Shown here: positions 20,154 to 30,385 of the stretch, in pieces
Layout: each line of letters begins with the position of its first letter
Position numbering within the stretch: the stretch's first letter is position 1
DNA from: Chthoniobacterales bacterium
GTDB taxonomy: Bacteria; Verrucomicrobiota; Verrucomicrobiia; Chthoniobacterales; JACTMZ01
Assembly (NCBI GenBank): GCA_018402585.1
Contig: JAGYIO010000002.1
Span: forward strand, 138,070 to 202,069
DNA: 64,000 nt
Direction: 5' to 3'
Translations under genes and position numbers: made by a program
The notes under the pieces: model-generated
Seen by the model: only the letters and a program-made list of their open reading frames with translations
Database searches by the model: none
What the model was told of the DNA's origin: nothing

Positions 20154-21187
20154 ACGCGGCACGGGAGGACGACTCGCTCCGGCGGGGTCGGGCTCATCGA
20201 CGCCTTTGCTTTCTCGCCGCGCTCTTGCCCCTCGTCCTGCTCATCGCGTCCGCCCTCGGGGCGGTCAACATCGGTTTCGCTGATCTGCGCAATCTTGTCG
20301 CTGCTCCAGCCCAGGTCCCGGAAATTATCCGGGCGGTGTTTTGGGAGATCCGCCTGCCGCGTGTCTTGCTCGCGGCCTTGGTTGGTGCGGCTCTCGCTTT
20401 GGCGGGAGCGGGGGTGCAAGGGCTCTTTCGGAACCCGCTGGCCGACCCCGCGCTGATCGGGGTGAGTGCCGGCGCCGCGGTGGGTGCGGTGGTCTGTTTC
20501 TTTTTTGGCTGGGAAGGTTTGCTCGGTGGCTGGTTGCTGCCTCTGGCCGCTTTCCTCGGCGGTTGGCTCGCGGTGCTTGTCTTGGGCATTTTCCACGCCG
20601 GTTTTGCGGCCGGCGGCACGGCCAAGCTGATTCTGGCCGGCGTCGCGCTCAATGCCATGCTCGGCAGTGTGCTCGGATTTTTTCTTTTCTCGGCCAGTGA
20701 CGATGCCTTGCGCTCCATGACCTTCTGGACCCTTGGCAGCTGCGCCTCGGCCCAATGGCCCCAGGTGGTCGTCCTGCTCGTTTTCCTCGCAGCCGGCATC
20801 ATTCTCCTCTGGCGGAATGCGCGTTCCCTCGATGCTTTGCAATTCGGCGAAGAACAGGCCGCCCATCTCGGAGTGTCGGTCCCGCGGGTGCGCCGCGAGG
20901 TCATTGTGGCCGCCGCCTTGTTGGTCGGCGCGGCCACGGCTTTTGCCGGTACCATCGGTTTTATCGGCTTGGTCGCTCCGCACATGGCGCGCCTTTTGCT
21001 CGGCGGCCTGCATCGCCTCGTGCTGCCAGGAGCTCTCCTGCTCGGCGCCATGCTGCTCGTTCTGGCCGATCTCGGGGCGCGCACTCTGGTCGCCCCGGCC
21101 GAACTCGCGGTCGGAATCCTCACTGCGGTGATCGGCGGACCCTTCTTCCTCGCCTTGCTCTGCCGCCCGTTCTCTGCGTCCACCTGA
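20150..21187 (+). CDS. hmuU: Hemin ABC transporter permease (FecCD family)
   Basis: IRLPRV, QGLFRNPLADP, IGFIGLVAPH. Confidence 0.9.
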   Translation: MNAAREDDSLRRGRAHRRLCFLAALLPLVLLIASALGAVNIGFADLRNLVAAPAQVPEIIRAVFWEIRLPRVLLAALVGAALALAGAGVQGLFRNPLADPALIGVSAGAAVGAVVCFFFGWEGLLGGWLLPLAAFLGGWLAVLVLGIFHAGFAAGGTAKLILAGVALNAMLGSVLGFFLFSASDDALRSMTFWTLGSCASAQWPQVVVLLVFLAAGIILLWRNARSLDALQFGEEQAAHLGVSVPRVRREVIVAAALLVGAATAFAGTIGFIGLVAPHMARLLLGGLHRLVLPGALLLGAMLLVLADLGARTLVAPAELAVGILTAVIGGPFFLALLCRPFSAST

Positions 21188-21981
21188 TGAACCAGCACCT
21201 CCCGTCTCTGGTCGCGGAAAAGGTCACGCTCTCCCGCGAGAAGCGACAGATCCTCGATGGCGTTTCGCTCCGGGTGAGGCCGGGAAAATTGCTGGCCGTG
21301 ATCGGTCCCAATGGCGCCGGAAAATCCACCTTGCTCTCGGTCATGTCTGGATTGTCCAAGGCGGGGAGCGGACAGGTCATGCTCAACGGACGCGCGATCT
21401 CGGACTTCCGTCCGTCCGACCGTGCCCGGCACTGTGCCGTGATGCGGCAAGACAATGCGCGGCCTTCCGGCCTGACTGTGCTCGAAGCGGTCGAGCTCGG
21501 GCGCCTGGCCTATGGCGCCGAGGACGATGTGCGTTCCCTGGCCTGGGAAATGTTGCAGCAGATGGATCTCGCCGATCTGGCCGGACGTGACTGCTCCCGT
21601 CTTTCCGGCGGCGAGTGGCAGCGGGTGGCTTTCGCCCGCACGATGGCGCAAATCTCCGGCGGGGAGACGGCCGGAGTGCTCCTGCTCGACGAGCCGGTTT
21701 CAAGCCTCGATCCCGCCCATCAGCACCAACTTCTCGGCGAGGCCCGCCGCCTGACCCGGGCCGGGCATGGCGTCCTCGCCATCCTCCATGACCTTAATCT
21801 CACGGCGCATTACGCGGATGAGGTGGCCTTGCTCGCGGCCGGACGCATCCATTCCAGCGGTCCGGTGGCCGAGATCATGCGACCCGCGGTCTTGTCGGAA
21901 ATCTACGGCTGCCGGGTGAGTGAAATCCGTGAGGGTGGAGAACGCGCCTTGGTCAGCTTTCCGGCGGAAAAAACGCGCTAG
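21187..21981 (+). CDS. hmuV: Hemin ABC transporter ATP-binding protein
   Basis: GPNGAGKST, LSGGEWQRV, LLLDEP, LHDLN. Confidence 0.9.
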   Translation: MNQHLPSLVAEKVTLSREKRQILDGVSLRVRPGKLLAVIGPNGAGKSTLLSVMSGLSKAGSGQVMLNGRAISDFRPSDRARHCAVMRQDNARPSGLTVLEAVELGRLAYGAEDDVRSLAWEMLQQMDLADLAGRDCSRLSGGEWQRVAFARTMAQISGGETAGVLLLDEPVSSLDPAHQHQLLGEARRLTRAGHGVLAILHDLNLTAHYADEVALLAAGRIHSSGPVAEIMRPAVLSEIYGCRVSEIREGGERALVSFPAEKTR

Positions 21982-22037
21982 ATTACTGCGGTCGCCGGGG
22001 CGGCCTGATCCCAAAGGCCCGGCGCCTTGGGACTGGG

Positions 22038-22107
22038 GTGTGGCATCGGCATCCTGCCGATGGGTTTGGATCGTGACGGGCGGGACGCCCGTGCCCCCTG
22101 CCCAAAC
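22038..22107. repeat. REP-like palindrome pair (GGCAyGGGC...GCCCGTGCC family)
   Basis: gtggcatcggcatcctgccgatg and acgggcgggacgcccgtgccccctgcccaaac; related copies at 30142-30210 and 61918-61941. Confidence 0.65.
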
Positions 22108-22243
22108 CAGAAGTCGACTCGCCCGGCGGGTCCGCCGTGACGCGAGTTGCTCGGGAGTCCCTGAACCCGGGTGCGGCGGGGGTGGTTTGGGAGTAACGGG
22201 GGCCAGCGTCGACTGCGAGCTTGGGCAGGCCAGAGGTCAGAAA

Positions 22244-22321
22244 GCCACGGATGGAAGAAGATAACAGAAGTCCTCGGACTGAAGCCCCGCTTATCCTCTT
22301 TCATCTTCTTCCATCCGTGGC
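22244..22321. repeat. Perfect 19-bp inverted repeat with 40-nt spacer
   Basis: gccacggatggaagaagat 22244-22262 / atcttcttccatccgtggc 22303-22321. Confidence 0.85.
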
Positions 22322-22395
22322 CTGTCTTTATTCCCCTTCGAGAGAATAACTCTCATTGAGTTAGTGGGGAGTCGAAAAGCAAAAGGACGTTGGTC

Positions 22396-23475
22396 TCATT
22401 CCCCGAGAAAAATTCCCAGCGCGCGGGCGTGGCGCAGGAGTTGGCTTTCTTCAGAAACGGTGCGCAGCCGGTTGACCGCATCGGCCAAGGCCACATCGGT
22501 GACTGAGCCGAAGCGGTAGCTGACCATGCGGCCGAACATGCCGTCGGCCGCGAGTTCCACCGCACGGACCCCGAATTGTTGTCCAATCACCCGATCGAAG
22601 GCGCCCGGAGCGCCGCCACGCTGGAGGTGGCCGAGCAGGCAAGAACGGGTCTCGCGTCCGGTGCGCGCGGCAATCAGCGATTCGACGTAAGTGCCGATGC
22701 CGCCGAGGCGGCTGTCCCCCGTCGAGGTTTGTCGGCGGATCTGCCGTCCGGCCTTGGCCCGCGCGCCTTCGGCCACCACGGCAATCAGCGAGCGTTGTCC
22801 GCGCCGCTCCGATTCCTTGATAAAGCGGGCCAAACGGTCACCATCAAAGGGCAATTCGGGCAACAAGGCGATTTCCGCTCCGCCGGCCACGGCACCGTGC
22901 AAGGCCAGCCATCCGGTGTGCCGTCCCATGACCTCAAGCACCATGATCCGCCGGTGACTTTCGGCCGTGGTGCGGAGGTTGGCCACCGCTTCGGCAATCC
23001 GGGTCACCGCAGTATCGAAACCGAAAGTGACATCGGTCGAATCGAGGTCGTTGTCGATCGTCTTGGGCACGCCAATGACCGAAATTCCGGCCCGGGCCAG
23101 ATGCAAGGCGGTGCGCAGCGAACCGTCACCACCGAGGACGACCAGCGCCCCGACCCGGTTTTGCTCGAGCGCCTGGCGGGTGGCGCGGACCAGCGGTTCC
23201 GGCAAAATGGTTTGTCCAGCCGGACCCCGCCGCGTTTGGAAACGTCCTTTGTTCGTTGTCCCGAGAATACTTCCGCCTGTGGCCTCGATTCCGAGGGTAT
23301 TGGCCGGGGTGAGCAGGCGCGCGCCGGCGGGCTGGAGCAGGCCCTCGTAGCCTTCGGGGAAACCGACCACCTCAAGGTTCCGCGCCTGGGCCGCGCAAAC
23401 GAAACCGCGGATCACGGCGTTGAGACCGGCACAATCACCGCCGGCGGTCAGGATGCCCAGACGCGAGGCGGGCAT
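22396..23475 (-). CDS. pfkA: 6-phosphofructokinase
   Basis: GILTAGGDCAGLN, LGGDGS, PKTIDND, EVMGRHTG, LGHLQRGG. Confidence 0.93.
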   Translation of the reverse strand: MPASRLGILTAGGDCAGLNAVIRGFVCAAQARNLEVVGFPEGYEGLLQPAGARLLTPANTLGIEATGGSILGTTNKGRFQTRRGPAGQTILPEPLVRATRQALEQNRVGALVVLGGDGSLRTALHLARAGISVIGVPKTIDNDLDSTDVTFGFDTAVTRIAEAVANLRTTAESHRRIMVLEVMGRHTGWLALHGAVAGGAEIALLPELPFDGDRLARFIKESERRGQRSLIAVVAEGARAKAGRQIRRQTSTGDSRLGGIGTYVESLIAARTGRETRSCLLGHLQRGGAPGAFDRVIGQQFGVRAVELAADGMFGRMVSYRFGSVTDVALADAVNRLRTVSEESQLLRHARALGIFLGE

Positions 23476-23480
23476 GAGGG

Positions 23481-24407
23481 TCAGAGGGTGCTGCGCTTGC
23501 TCACCGGCCGGCCTTGGGCCGACCAGTTTTCGTGCAGGCTCCAGCCGCGTTGGATCAGGGTGAGGCCCTCGGAAAAACGATTGGTTGACCCGAGGAGCAC
23601 GACGATGATGCGGCGCGGAATGGCCGTCTTTTGCCCGTCGCGTTCCACCGCTTCCGGTTCGCGATCGGCGGCCAGCACAATGCAATCGCCGGCCAACCGG
23701 GTGCGTCCGGTCTTCACCCCCTCGATGCCGTTGCGCCCGAGCAGTTCGTTGGTGTTGCGCAGGAGGAACCCACGGGTGGTTCCGTCGACTCCCTGGATGG
23801 AAATTTCCCGTGTGGGCTGCGAGACGTAAAAGTTGAAGCCGGCGTGGCTGTAAGCATAACGCGTGAGGCGCGCGAGATCCGCCGCGGTCGAATGCGGGGG
23901 CGGGGTCATGCTGTCCAAGCCGTGCGGGTTGAGGAAAAGCGAGCGCTTCAATCTGAGTTTGCGGGCCAGGGCGTTCAGGTGCGCAGAGAAGTTGTCCACT
24001 GGACTCAGGGCCTGCGGATTGGGCAAACCAGTGCCCACGTTCTGAGCCAAGGTGTAGGCCGCGTGGTTGTCCGAACTCATCATCGCGGAATAAAGCAAGT
24101 CGCGCAGGGAGACTCGGTCGCCGGGTTGCAGTTGGCAGGGGTTGACCCCGCCCACTCCGCCCACTCCGGAGGGCACGCTGACCATCGTGCCCAGTGAAGT
24201 CCCCGTGGCTTCCGCCCAGTCGAGCACGACCATGGCGGTGGCAATTTTGGTCAGGCTCGCGATTTGCCGCTTCTCGTTCTGACCGGAAGCGGCCAGCACG
24301 TGCCCTGTCTCATCGTCTACGATGATCCAACTTGAAGCGGCCACTTGAACCGGCCCGGGGGCGAGGATCAGCAGGATGACGACAAGAGTGGTGGGCAGGA
24401 GGGACAT
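23481..24407 (-). CDS. D-alanyl-D-alanine carboxypeptidase (peptidase S11)
   Basis: SLTK, SDN, KTG motifs; NPHGLD. Confidence 0.9.
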   Translation of the reverse strand: MSLLPTTLVVILLILAPGPVQVAASSWIIVDDETGHVLAASGQNEKRQIASLTKIATAMVVLDWAEATGTSLGTMVSVPSGVGGVGGVNPCQLQPGDRVSLRDLLYSAMMSSDNHAAYTLAQNVGTGLPNPQALSPVDNFSAHLNALARKLRLKRSLFLNPHGLDSMTPPPHSTAADLARLTRYAYSHAGFNFYVSQPTREISIQGVDGTTRGFLLRNTNELLGRNGIEGVKTGRTRLAGDCIVLAADREPEAVERDGQKTAIPRRIIVVLLGSTNRFSEGLTLIQRGWSLHENWSAQGRPVSKRSTL

Positions 24408-24503
24408 GACCAGTCGAAGCTAACCTCCGGTCGCCGAAAATCAATGCCTTCCGCCCCTGGCGGACATTGCCCAACGGGTGCGCGGGTGCTTTACTATCCG
24501 GCT

Positions 24504-25706
24504 GTGAGCAAAGCCGCCTTTGATTCCATCGAGTCCGTGCTGAAGGACGTGCGCGCCGGCAAGATGGTTATTGTGACCGACGATGCCGAGCGCGAGAACG
24601 AGGGCGACTTGGTTATGGCCGCGAGCAAAGTGACGCCGGAGGCGGTCAATTTCATGGCAAAGTACGGGCGCGGCCTGATCTGCGTTCCGCTGGCCGCGAC
24701 CCGGGCGCGGCAACTCGGCCTGCAGCGCATGGTGGCGCACAACCGCGAATTGCACCGCACCGACTTCACTGTTTCGGTCGATGCCGCCAAGGGGGTGACC
24801 ACCGGGATCAGCGCGCGGGACCGCGCCAAGACGATCCGCACGTTGGCCGGGACGAAGAGTGGTCCAGCCGACCTGACCGAGCCCGGGCATGTCTTCCCCC
24901 TGCAGGCGCGGGAAGGCGGAGTCTTGCAACGGGCGGGGCACACCGAGGCAGCCGTCGATCTGGTGCGTCTCTCCGGGCTTGATGCTACGGGGGTGATTTG
25001 CGAGGTGCTCAACGAGAACGGTTCGATGGCGCGGCTCAACGACCTGCAGAAATTCCGCCGCAAACACAAGCTGAAGATTTGCTCGATCCGCGATCTCATC
25101 GCTTACCGCCGCCGCCGCGAGAAACTGGTCGAACGCGAGCAGTGCGTGCGCCTGCCGACCGATTACGGCGACTTTGATCTTTATCTTTACCGTTCACTGA
25201 CCGATGACGCACATCATCTTGCCCTCGTCCGCGGCAAAATCGACCCGAAGCAACCTGTGCTGGTCCGCGTGCACAGCGAGTGCCTGACTGGCGACGTTTT
25301 CGCTTCGCGCCGTTGCGATTGCGGTTCACAGCTGCACCAAGCCATGTGCCAAATTGCCCGGCAGGGCGCCGGCGTTCTGCTTTACATGCGCCAAGAAGGT
25401 CGCGGCATCGGGTTACCGGCCAAAATTCACGCTTACAAATTGCAGGAAGAGGGCCTCGACACGGTGCAGGCCAACCGCAAGCTCGGCTTCCCCATGGACC
25501 TGCGGGAATACGGCCTGGGCGCGCAGATCCTCTCCGACCTCGGGGTGCGTAAAATCCGTTTGATGACCAACAACCCGCGCAAAGTCGTCGGCTTGTCCGG
25601 CCACGGCCTGCAAATCACCGCCCGCGTGCCGCTCAAGTCGGTGCCCCACCCGGAGAACGAACGTTACCTCAAAACGAAAAAGCGTAAGATGGGTCATCTT
25701 CTCTGA
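24504..25706 (+). CDS. ribBA: Bifunctional DHBP synthase / GTP cyclohydrolase II
   Basis: [40 protein letters not shown]. Confidence 0.96.
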   Translation: MSKAAFDSIESVLKDVRAGKMVIVTDDAERENEGDLVMAASKVTPEAVNFMAKYGRGLICVPLAATRARQLGLQRMVAHNRELHRTDFTVSVDAAKGVTTGISARDRAKTIRTLAGTKSGPADLTEPGHVFPLQAREGGVLQRAGHTEAAVDLVRLSGLDATGVICEVLNENGSMARLNDLQKFRRKHKLKICSIRDLIAYRRRREKLVEREQCVRLPTDYGDFDLYLYRSLTDDAHHLALVRGKIDPKQPVLVRVHSECLTGDVFASRRCDCGSQLHQAMCQIARQGAGVLLYMRQEGRGIGLPAKIHAYKLQEEGLDTVQANRKLGFPMDLREYGLGAQILSDLGVRKIRLMTNNPRKVVGLSGHGLQITARVPLKSVPHPENERYLKTKKRKMGHLL

Positions 25707-25741
25707 TTGCGATTTGCCCCGCCTTTCTGGCAGAAAGCACC

Positions 25742-26236
25742 ATGTCGAACAAAATCCCGACCCGTCCGCCGAAACTGCTCCCTACAGCGACCCCCCGCTT
25801 TGCCATCGTGGCGAGCGAATACAACCCCGAATTTGTGCAGGGCTTGATCAACCACACCTGCAAGGAACTTTACAAGATCGACCCGAACAGCGTGGTCGAC
25901 CTCTTTGGAGCACCCGGCGCGTTCGAGGTTCCTTTGGTGGTCGAAATGGCGGCCGCGCAGCACAAATGTGATGTGATCATTGCGCTCGGACTCATTCTCC
26001 AGGGGCAGACCAAACACGCCGAGTTTATCGCCGTGAGCGTGAGCCATGCTTTGCAGCAGGTCGCGCTCAAGCATGGTTTGCCCGTCATTCATGAAGTCCT
26101 GCTCGTCTCCGGCGAGGAAGAAGCGCGCGAGCGTTGCCTCGGCCTTGAACTCAACCGCGGCGTCGAGGCGGCCCGGGCCGCTTTCGCGATGCTCAAGGTT
26201 AAAGAAAAATTCAAAAGCCAATCGTCCCTGCGTTGA
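25742..26236 (+). CDS. ribH: 6,7-dimethyl-8-ribityllumazine synthase
   Basis: PGAFEVP, ALGLILQGQTKH; position after ribBA. Confidence 0.93.
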   Translation: MSNKIPTRPPKLLPTATPRFAIVASEYNPEFVQGLINHTCKELYKIDPNSVVDLFGAPGAFEVPLVVEMAAAQHKCDVIIALGLILQGQTKHAEFIAVSVSHALQQVALKHGLPVIHEVLLVSGEEEARERCLGLELNRGVEAARAAFAMLKVKEKFKSQSSLR

Positions 26237-26676
26237 CCGCTCCACGCGCTGTGTCCAAAGAAAACCGCCGCCAAGCCCGCATCCAAGCCGTGCAGCAACT
26301 TTATGGTTGCGAGATGCGCGGCGTGCTCGTTCCGCTCTCTGGGGATCCCGCGGTGCCCCTGGCCGCGGAGGAACTGACGCCCTTTGCCCGCGAATTGCTC
26401 GACCAAGCACTCGGACGTCTGCCCCAGATCGACGCCTTGCTGGCCGCCGCACTGCAAAACTGGGACCTGCGGCGTCTTGGGGCGGTCGACCGCGCCATCC
26501 TCCGTTTGGCCGTGGCCGAGATGCTGGCCCGTCCGGACATTCCCCCCGCGGTGACGATCAACGAAGCGATTGAGATGGCCCGCAGCCTGGCCACCGCGGA
26601 ATCGGCCCGCTTTGCCAACGGTGTGCTCGACCGGGTGCGCAAAGAAATCGGCCGCGACTCGCACCTGGTCTCCTGA
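26233..26676 (+). CDS. nusB: Transcription antitermination factor NusB
   Basis: RRQAR..A.Q.LY, VDRAILRLA, INEAIE, FANGVLD. Confidence 0.93.
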   Translation: MTAPRAVSKENRRQARIQAVQQLYGCEMRGVLVPLSGDPAVPLAAEELTPFARELLDQALGRLPQIDALLAAALQNWDLRRLGAVDRAILRLAVAEMLARPDIPPAVTINEAIEMARSLATAESARFANGVLDRVRKEIGRDSHLVS

Positions 26677-26678
26677 TT

Positions 26679-27530
26679 ATGGCGGCAGGATTTCTGCGCG
26701 CCATGGCGGAACGTTTCCGCGGCCGACCGGTCGATTGGGAGGAACTCGAATCGTTATTTCTGCAGGCCGACCTCGGGGTGAAGACGACGATGGACTTGGT
26801 GGCATCATTGCAGGCGGTGACCGGATTCTCCGCCACGGCCGACCAGGTCGAACGCGAGGCGCGCGCCGCATTGACCAAGCTGCTGCCCGCGCCTTCTCCG
26901 CCGCTCCTCCCGCTCCCGGGGCGTCCGCGCGTGCTGCTCATGGTCGGGGTCAATGGCACGGGCAAGACCACGTCCCTGGCCAAGTTGGGTGCCTTGCTTC
27001 GCCGGGGGGGGAGTTCGGTCGTGATGGCCGCCGCCGATACCTTCCGTGCTGCAGCCATCGAGCAACTTGCGGCCTGGGGGGAAAAGTTGCAAATTCCGGT
27101 GGTGCGAGGCGCTTACCAAGGCGATCCCGCCGCGGTCTGCCATGAGGCCTACGAATCCGCTGCCCGGGAGAAAGCCGACTTCCTGCTCTGCGACACGGCG
27201 GGCCGTCTGCACACCAAGCACAATCTCATGCAGGAATTATCCAAGGTGAAACGCGTCCTCGCCCGGCGTGATCCGGAGAGTCCGCACGAGGTGCTCATTG
27301 TGGTGGACGCCACGACCGGTTCCAACGCGCTGGAGCAGGCGAGGCAATTCCAAGCGGCTTGCGGATTGACCGGTGCCATTCTGACCAAACTCGACGGCAG
27401 CGGCCGCGGTGGCACGGCGGTCGCCTTGCGGCAGGAACTCGGTGTTCCGGTGCGCTTCGTCGGCACGGGCGAGAAAGAAACCGACTTCGCCCCCTTTGAC
27501 CCGAGGAAATTCGCAGCCGAGATGTTTTAG
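26679..27530 (+). CDS. ftsY: Signal recognition particle receptor FtsY
   Basis: GVNGTGKTT, DTFRAAA, DTAGR, TKLDG. Confidence 0.95.
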   Translation: MAAGFLRAMAERFRGRPVDWEELESLFLQADLGVKTTMDLVASLQAVTGFSATADQVEREARAALTKLLPAPSPPLLPLPGRPRVLLMVGVNGTGKTTSLAKLGALLRRGGSSVVMAAADTFRAAAIEQLAAWGEKLQIPVVRGAYQGDPAAVCHEAYESAAREKADFLLCDTAGRLHTKHNLMQELSKVKRVLARRDPESPHEVLIVVDATTGSNALEQARQFQAACGLTGAILTKLDGSGRGGTAVALRQELGVPVRFVGTGEKETDFAPFDPRKFAAEMF

Positions 27531-27598
27531 TTTAGCGAGGGCGTTGAAAGCCGGAGCAAAGCGGATTCCGGCTTTAAATTAGGAGACCGCCTCCTGCC

Positions 27599-28123
27599 TT
27601 ACTCCGCACAGTAGTGCAGGCTGACCCGCCGCATGGTCTCGTTTTCTTGCCGCGCGCTGTAATGGACGAGGCGGAGCGAGACGAAATTTTGGACCCACAT
27701 CCATCCCTTGAGCGTGTGGCGCAGTCCATTCTCGTTGCCGGTCTCATCCGCGTAAAGACGGCCCGGCCCGTATTTGCGGTCGGCCTCGCGCTTGATCGTC
27801 GCCACCCAGGCCTTGACCTTTTCATCACCCCAGCTGGGGCGGTCGTATTGCAATTCGACTTCGCTCAGTCCGTTGTTGTTGAAGTAGAAAAGGGTGCGCT
27901 TGAGGCCTTCCTGCACGATGCCCTCGACGACCAGCACGTCGCGCGGGCCTTTGCTGTGCTCTGCGACCACTTTGGCTTTGGCCTTGCCCACCACATCCCT
28001 GATCCGCCCCTGCGCTTCGCCCCATTGCATGCCGAAGGGCGTTTTGATCTCCTGCTGCGCGACAACCGGCGCAGAGGGCAGGACCAGAGCCAATAATAGC
28101 AGCGGGACGGAACGGAATGACAT
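27599..28123 (-). CDS. Hypothetical exported protein
   Basis: Signal peptide MSFRSVPLLLLALVL..., PFGMQWG domain start. Confidence 0.65.
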   Translation of the reverse strand: MSFRSVPLLLLALVLPSAPVVAQQEIKTPFGMQWGEAQGRIRDVVGKAKAKVVAEHSKGPRDVLVVEGIVQEGLKRTLFYFNNNGLSEVELQYDRPSWGDEKVKAWVATIKREADRKYGPGRLYADETGNENGLRHTLKGWMWVQNFVSLRLVHYSARQENETMRRVSLHYCAE

Positions 28124-28168
28124 GGCAGCGGCAGCGTTTCTAGCGTATCTCCCCCAGCGGGTATCCTG

Positions 28169-29671
28169 ATGTCGGAACAAGCCACAAGCAAACTCAGTCG
28201 TAAAGGCCTGGCCGAGGGCTCCATGGGCATGCTGGCCATCGTCACCCTCGGAGTCTCGGTCATTGCCCCGGCCTATGCCCTGACCGCCACGATGGGGCCG
28301 ACCGCGGGCGTGGTGGGCAACCACATGCCGGCCGTCTTCCTTGTCGGTTTCATTCCCATGCTGCTGGTTGCCCTCGGCTACCGTGAATTGAATGCCGATG
28401 CGCCGGACAGCGGGACGTCCTTCACTTGGGCGACCAAAGCATTCGGCCCGTATGTCGGTTGGCTCGGCGGATGGGGGCTGGTCTCGGCCACGGTCATCGT
28501 GCTCTCCAACTTGGCCGGCATTGCGGTGGAGTTTTTCTATCTGCTGCTCGCGGAGGTTGTCCGTATTCCCGCCATCGCGGATTGGTCGGATCATCTCTTG
28601 GTCAACCTAGGGACCTGTTTTGTCTTCATGGGCGCGGCGGTCTGGGTTTGCTACCGCGGGGCGACGGCAACCAAGGCGGTGCAGTACTCGCTCGTCATCC
28701 TGCAGATCGTGGTCCTCGTCTGGTATTCCATCGCCGCCTGGCAGGCCGCGGGAGAGGCGCCGGTCTTGCCGTTTTCCTGGGATTGGCTCAATCCGCTCTC
28801 CGTCAGTTCCTTCGCGGCCTTCGCGGCCGGGCTTTCGCTCTCCATCTTCATTTACTGGGGCTGGGATGTCTGCCTGACCTTGAATGAGGAGGCAACCGAG
28901 GGGGCCCGCACGCCGGGCCGGGCGGCGGCCTTGGTCATTCTCCTCATGCTCACGCTCTACCTTGCGGTTGCCATTTCGACCATGCGCTTTGCCGGTCTCG
29001 GCGACGCCGGGTTGGGGCTGGGCAACGCCGCCACCCGCGAGAACGTGCTCGCCGCGATGGCCGGTCCGGTCATGGGACCTTTCGCCATTCTCGTCGCGCT
29101 CGCGGTGCTGGCCAGTTCCATCGCCTCTCTCCAATCCACCGTGGTCAGCCCGGCGCGCACCCTGCTCGCCATGGGCCATTACCGGGCCATCGCCGAACGC
29201 TTTGCCTGGATCCATCCGAAATACCGTTCGCCCGGCTATGCCACCATTGTGGCCGGGTTGGTCGCGGCCCTTTTCTATGCCGTCATGCATGTGGTCAGCG
29301 ACCATGTCCTGGCCGACACCATCCTCACTTTGGGCATGATGATCTGTTTCTACTACGGGCTCACCGCGTTCGCTTGCGTCTACTATTTCCGCCAGACCCT
29401 CGGCCATAGCGCGCGGAATTTTTTCCTGCGCGGCGCCGCGCCCTTCACGGGTGGTCTGATCCTCGCCGCGGTCTTTCTTGAGACCGCCTATGACAGCATG
29501 AACCCGGCCTTCGGCAGCGGATCCTCCGTCTTCGGGGTGGGCCTCGTCTTTTGTCTCGGGGTGGGCATTATTTTGCTCGGTGTCGTGGTCATGCTGCTCA
29601 TCGCTTGGCACCGTCCCGGATTTTTCCAAGGCGAGACCCTGCGGCAGGACACGCCGACCTTTGAGGGTTGA
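28169..29671 (+). CDS. APC family amino acid permease
   Basis: About 12 TM segments, PDSGTSFTW, FIYWGWD. Confidence 0.9.
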   Translation: MSEQATSKLSRKGLAEGSMGMLAIVTLGVSVIAPAYALTATMGPTAGVVGNHMPAVFLVGFIPMLLVALGYRELNADAPDSGTSFTWATKAFGPYVGWLGGWGLVSATVIVLSNLAGIAVEFFYLLLAEVVRIPAIADWSDHLLVNLGTCFVFMGAAVWVCYRGATATKAVQYSLVILQIVVLVWYSIAAWQAAGEAPVLPFSWDWLNPLSVSSFAAFAAGLSLSIFIYWGWDVCLTLNEEATEGARTPGRAAALVILLMLTLYLAVAISTMRFAGLGDAGLGLGNAATRENVLAAMAGPVMGPFAILVALAVLASSIASLQSTVVSPARTLLAMGHYRAIAERFAWIHPKYRSPGYATIVAGLVAALFYAVMHVVSDHVLADTILTLGMMICFYYGLTAFACVYYFRQTLGHSARNFFLRGAAPFTGGLILAAVFLETAYDSMNPAFGSGSSVFGVGLVFCLGVGIILLGVVVMLLIAWHRPGFFQGETLRQDTPTFEG

Positions 29672-29704
29672 GCCCGGCTGTCAACGGCCCGAGCCTCGCT
29701 ACCC

Positions 29705-30094
29705 ATGAAAACCCTTATCCTGCTCAGCCTGCTCGTGGTGGCCTTTGTCCTGGTCAAGCGGGCCATGGCGGGCCCGTCGATCAGCGCGGCGGAGGCCGAC
29801 GAACGGGTCAAGGCCGCCACCGCGGTGCTCATCGATCTGCGTGAGCCGGACGAATGGACCGAGGGTGTGGCGGCGCCGGCCTTGCTCTGCTCCCTGAGCG
29901 ATCTGCGCGGGCCGCGGGTGCAATGGAAAGCGGTGCTCGAAGCCAACAAGGACAAGGAGCTAATTCTCTATTGCGCGAGTGGAGCGCGTTCGGGGATGGC
30001 GGCGGGGATTTTGCGCAAGGAAGGCTACAATGCGGTCAATGCCGGCGGCTTCGGCCATTGGAGCAAGGCGGGATTGCCCGTGCGGAAACCCTGA
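29705..30094 (+). CDS. Rhodanese-like domain protein
   Basis: LIDLREPDEW, YCASGARS; N-terminal anchor. Confidence 0.88.
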   Translation: MKTLILLSLLVVAFVLVKRAMAGPSISAAEADERVKAATAVLIDLREPDEWTEGVAAPALLCSLSDLRGPRVQWKAVLEANKDKELILYCASGARSGMAAGILRKEGYNAVNAGGFGHWSKAGLPVRKP

Positions 30095-30141
30095 GCCGTA
30101 ACGATGCCGTTAAAGACGCGCTCCGCATGCGGTTGGGCGCA

Positions 30142-30210
30142 GTTTGAACAGGGGGCACGGGCGTCTCGCCCGTGTTGCCGGGTCGTGACGGGCGAGACGC
30201 CCATGCCCCT
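30142..30210. repeat. REP-like inverted doublet (same family as 22038-22107)
   Basis: gggggcacgggcgtctcgcccgt ... acgggcgagacgcccatgcccct. Confidence 0.75.
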
Positions 30211-30327
30211 TGGTCACGCGCGAAACTCTGCACTAAAAAGTGGGTCGCTCTAAAAGACGTTTCTCTCTGCCAAAGCATGAAAAGACCACGGCTTTGCCAT
30301 CGTTCCAGCTGAGGAAAAAGCGACGGC

Positions 30328-30385
30328 TTGTCGCGGCGGTCTATGACCGCCGGACCAATTGCAGAGACATAGACCCCCGCTACAA
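30328..30385. repeat. REP-like inverted doublet (TGTAGCGGCGGTCTATG family)
   Basis: ttgtcgcggcggtctatgaccgccg ... catagacccccgctacaa; contains the stop codon of the C39 peptidase gene. Confidence 0.65.

Noticed and set aside
22341-22358. Fur-box-like AATGAGAGTTATTCTC on the minus strand
   Set aside because: Lies between convergent 3' ends with no downstream gene to regulate; probably chance.
24408-24503. FMN riboswitch before ribBA
   Set aside because: The gap is under 100 bp and lacks RFN conserved motifs.
26679-27530. Short FtsY lacking the acidic domain
   Set aside because: NG-only FtsY is common outside Gammaproteobacteria.
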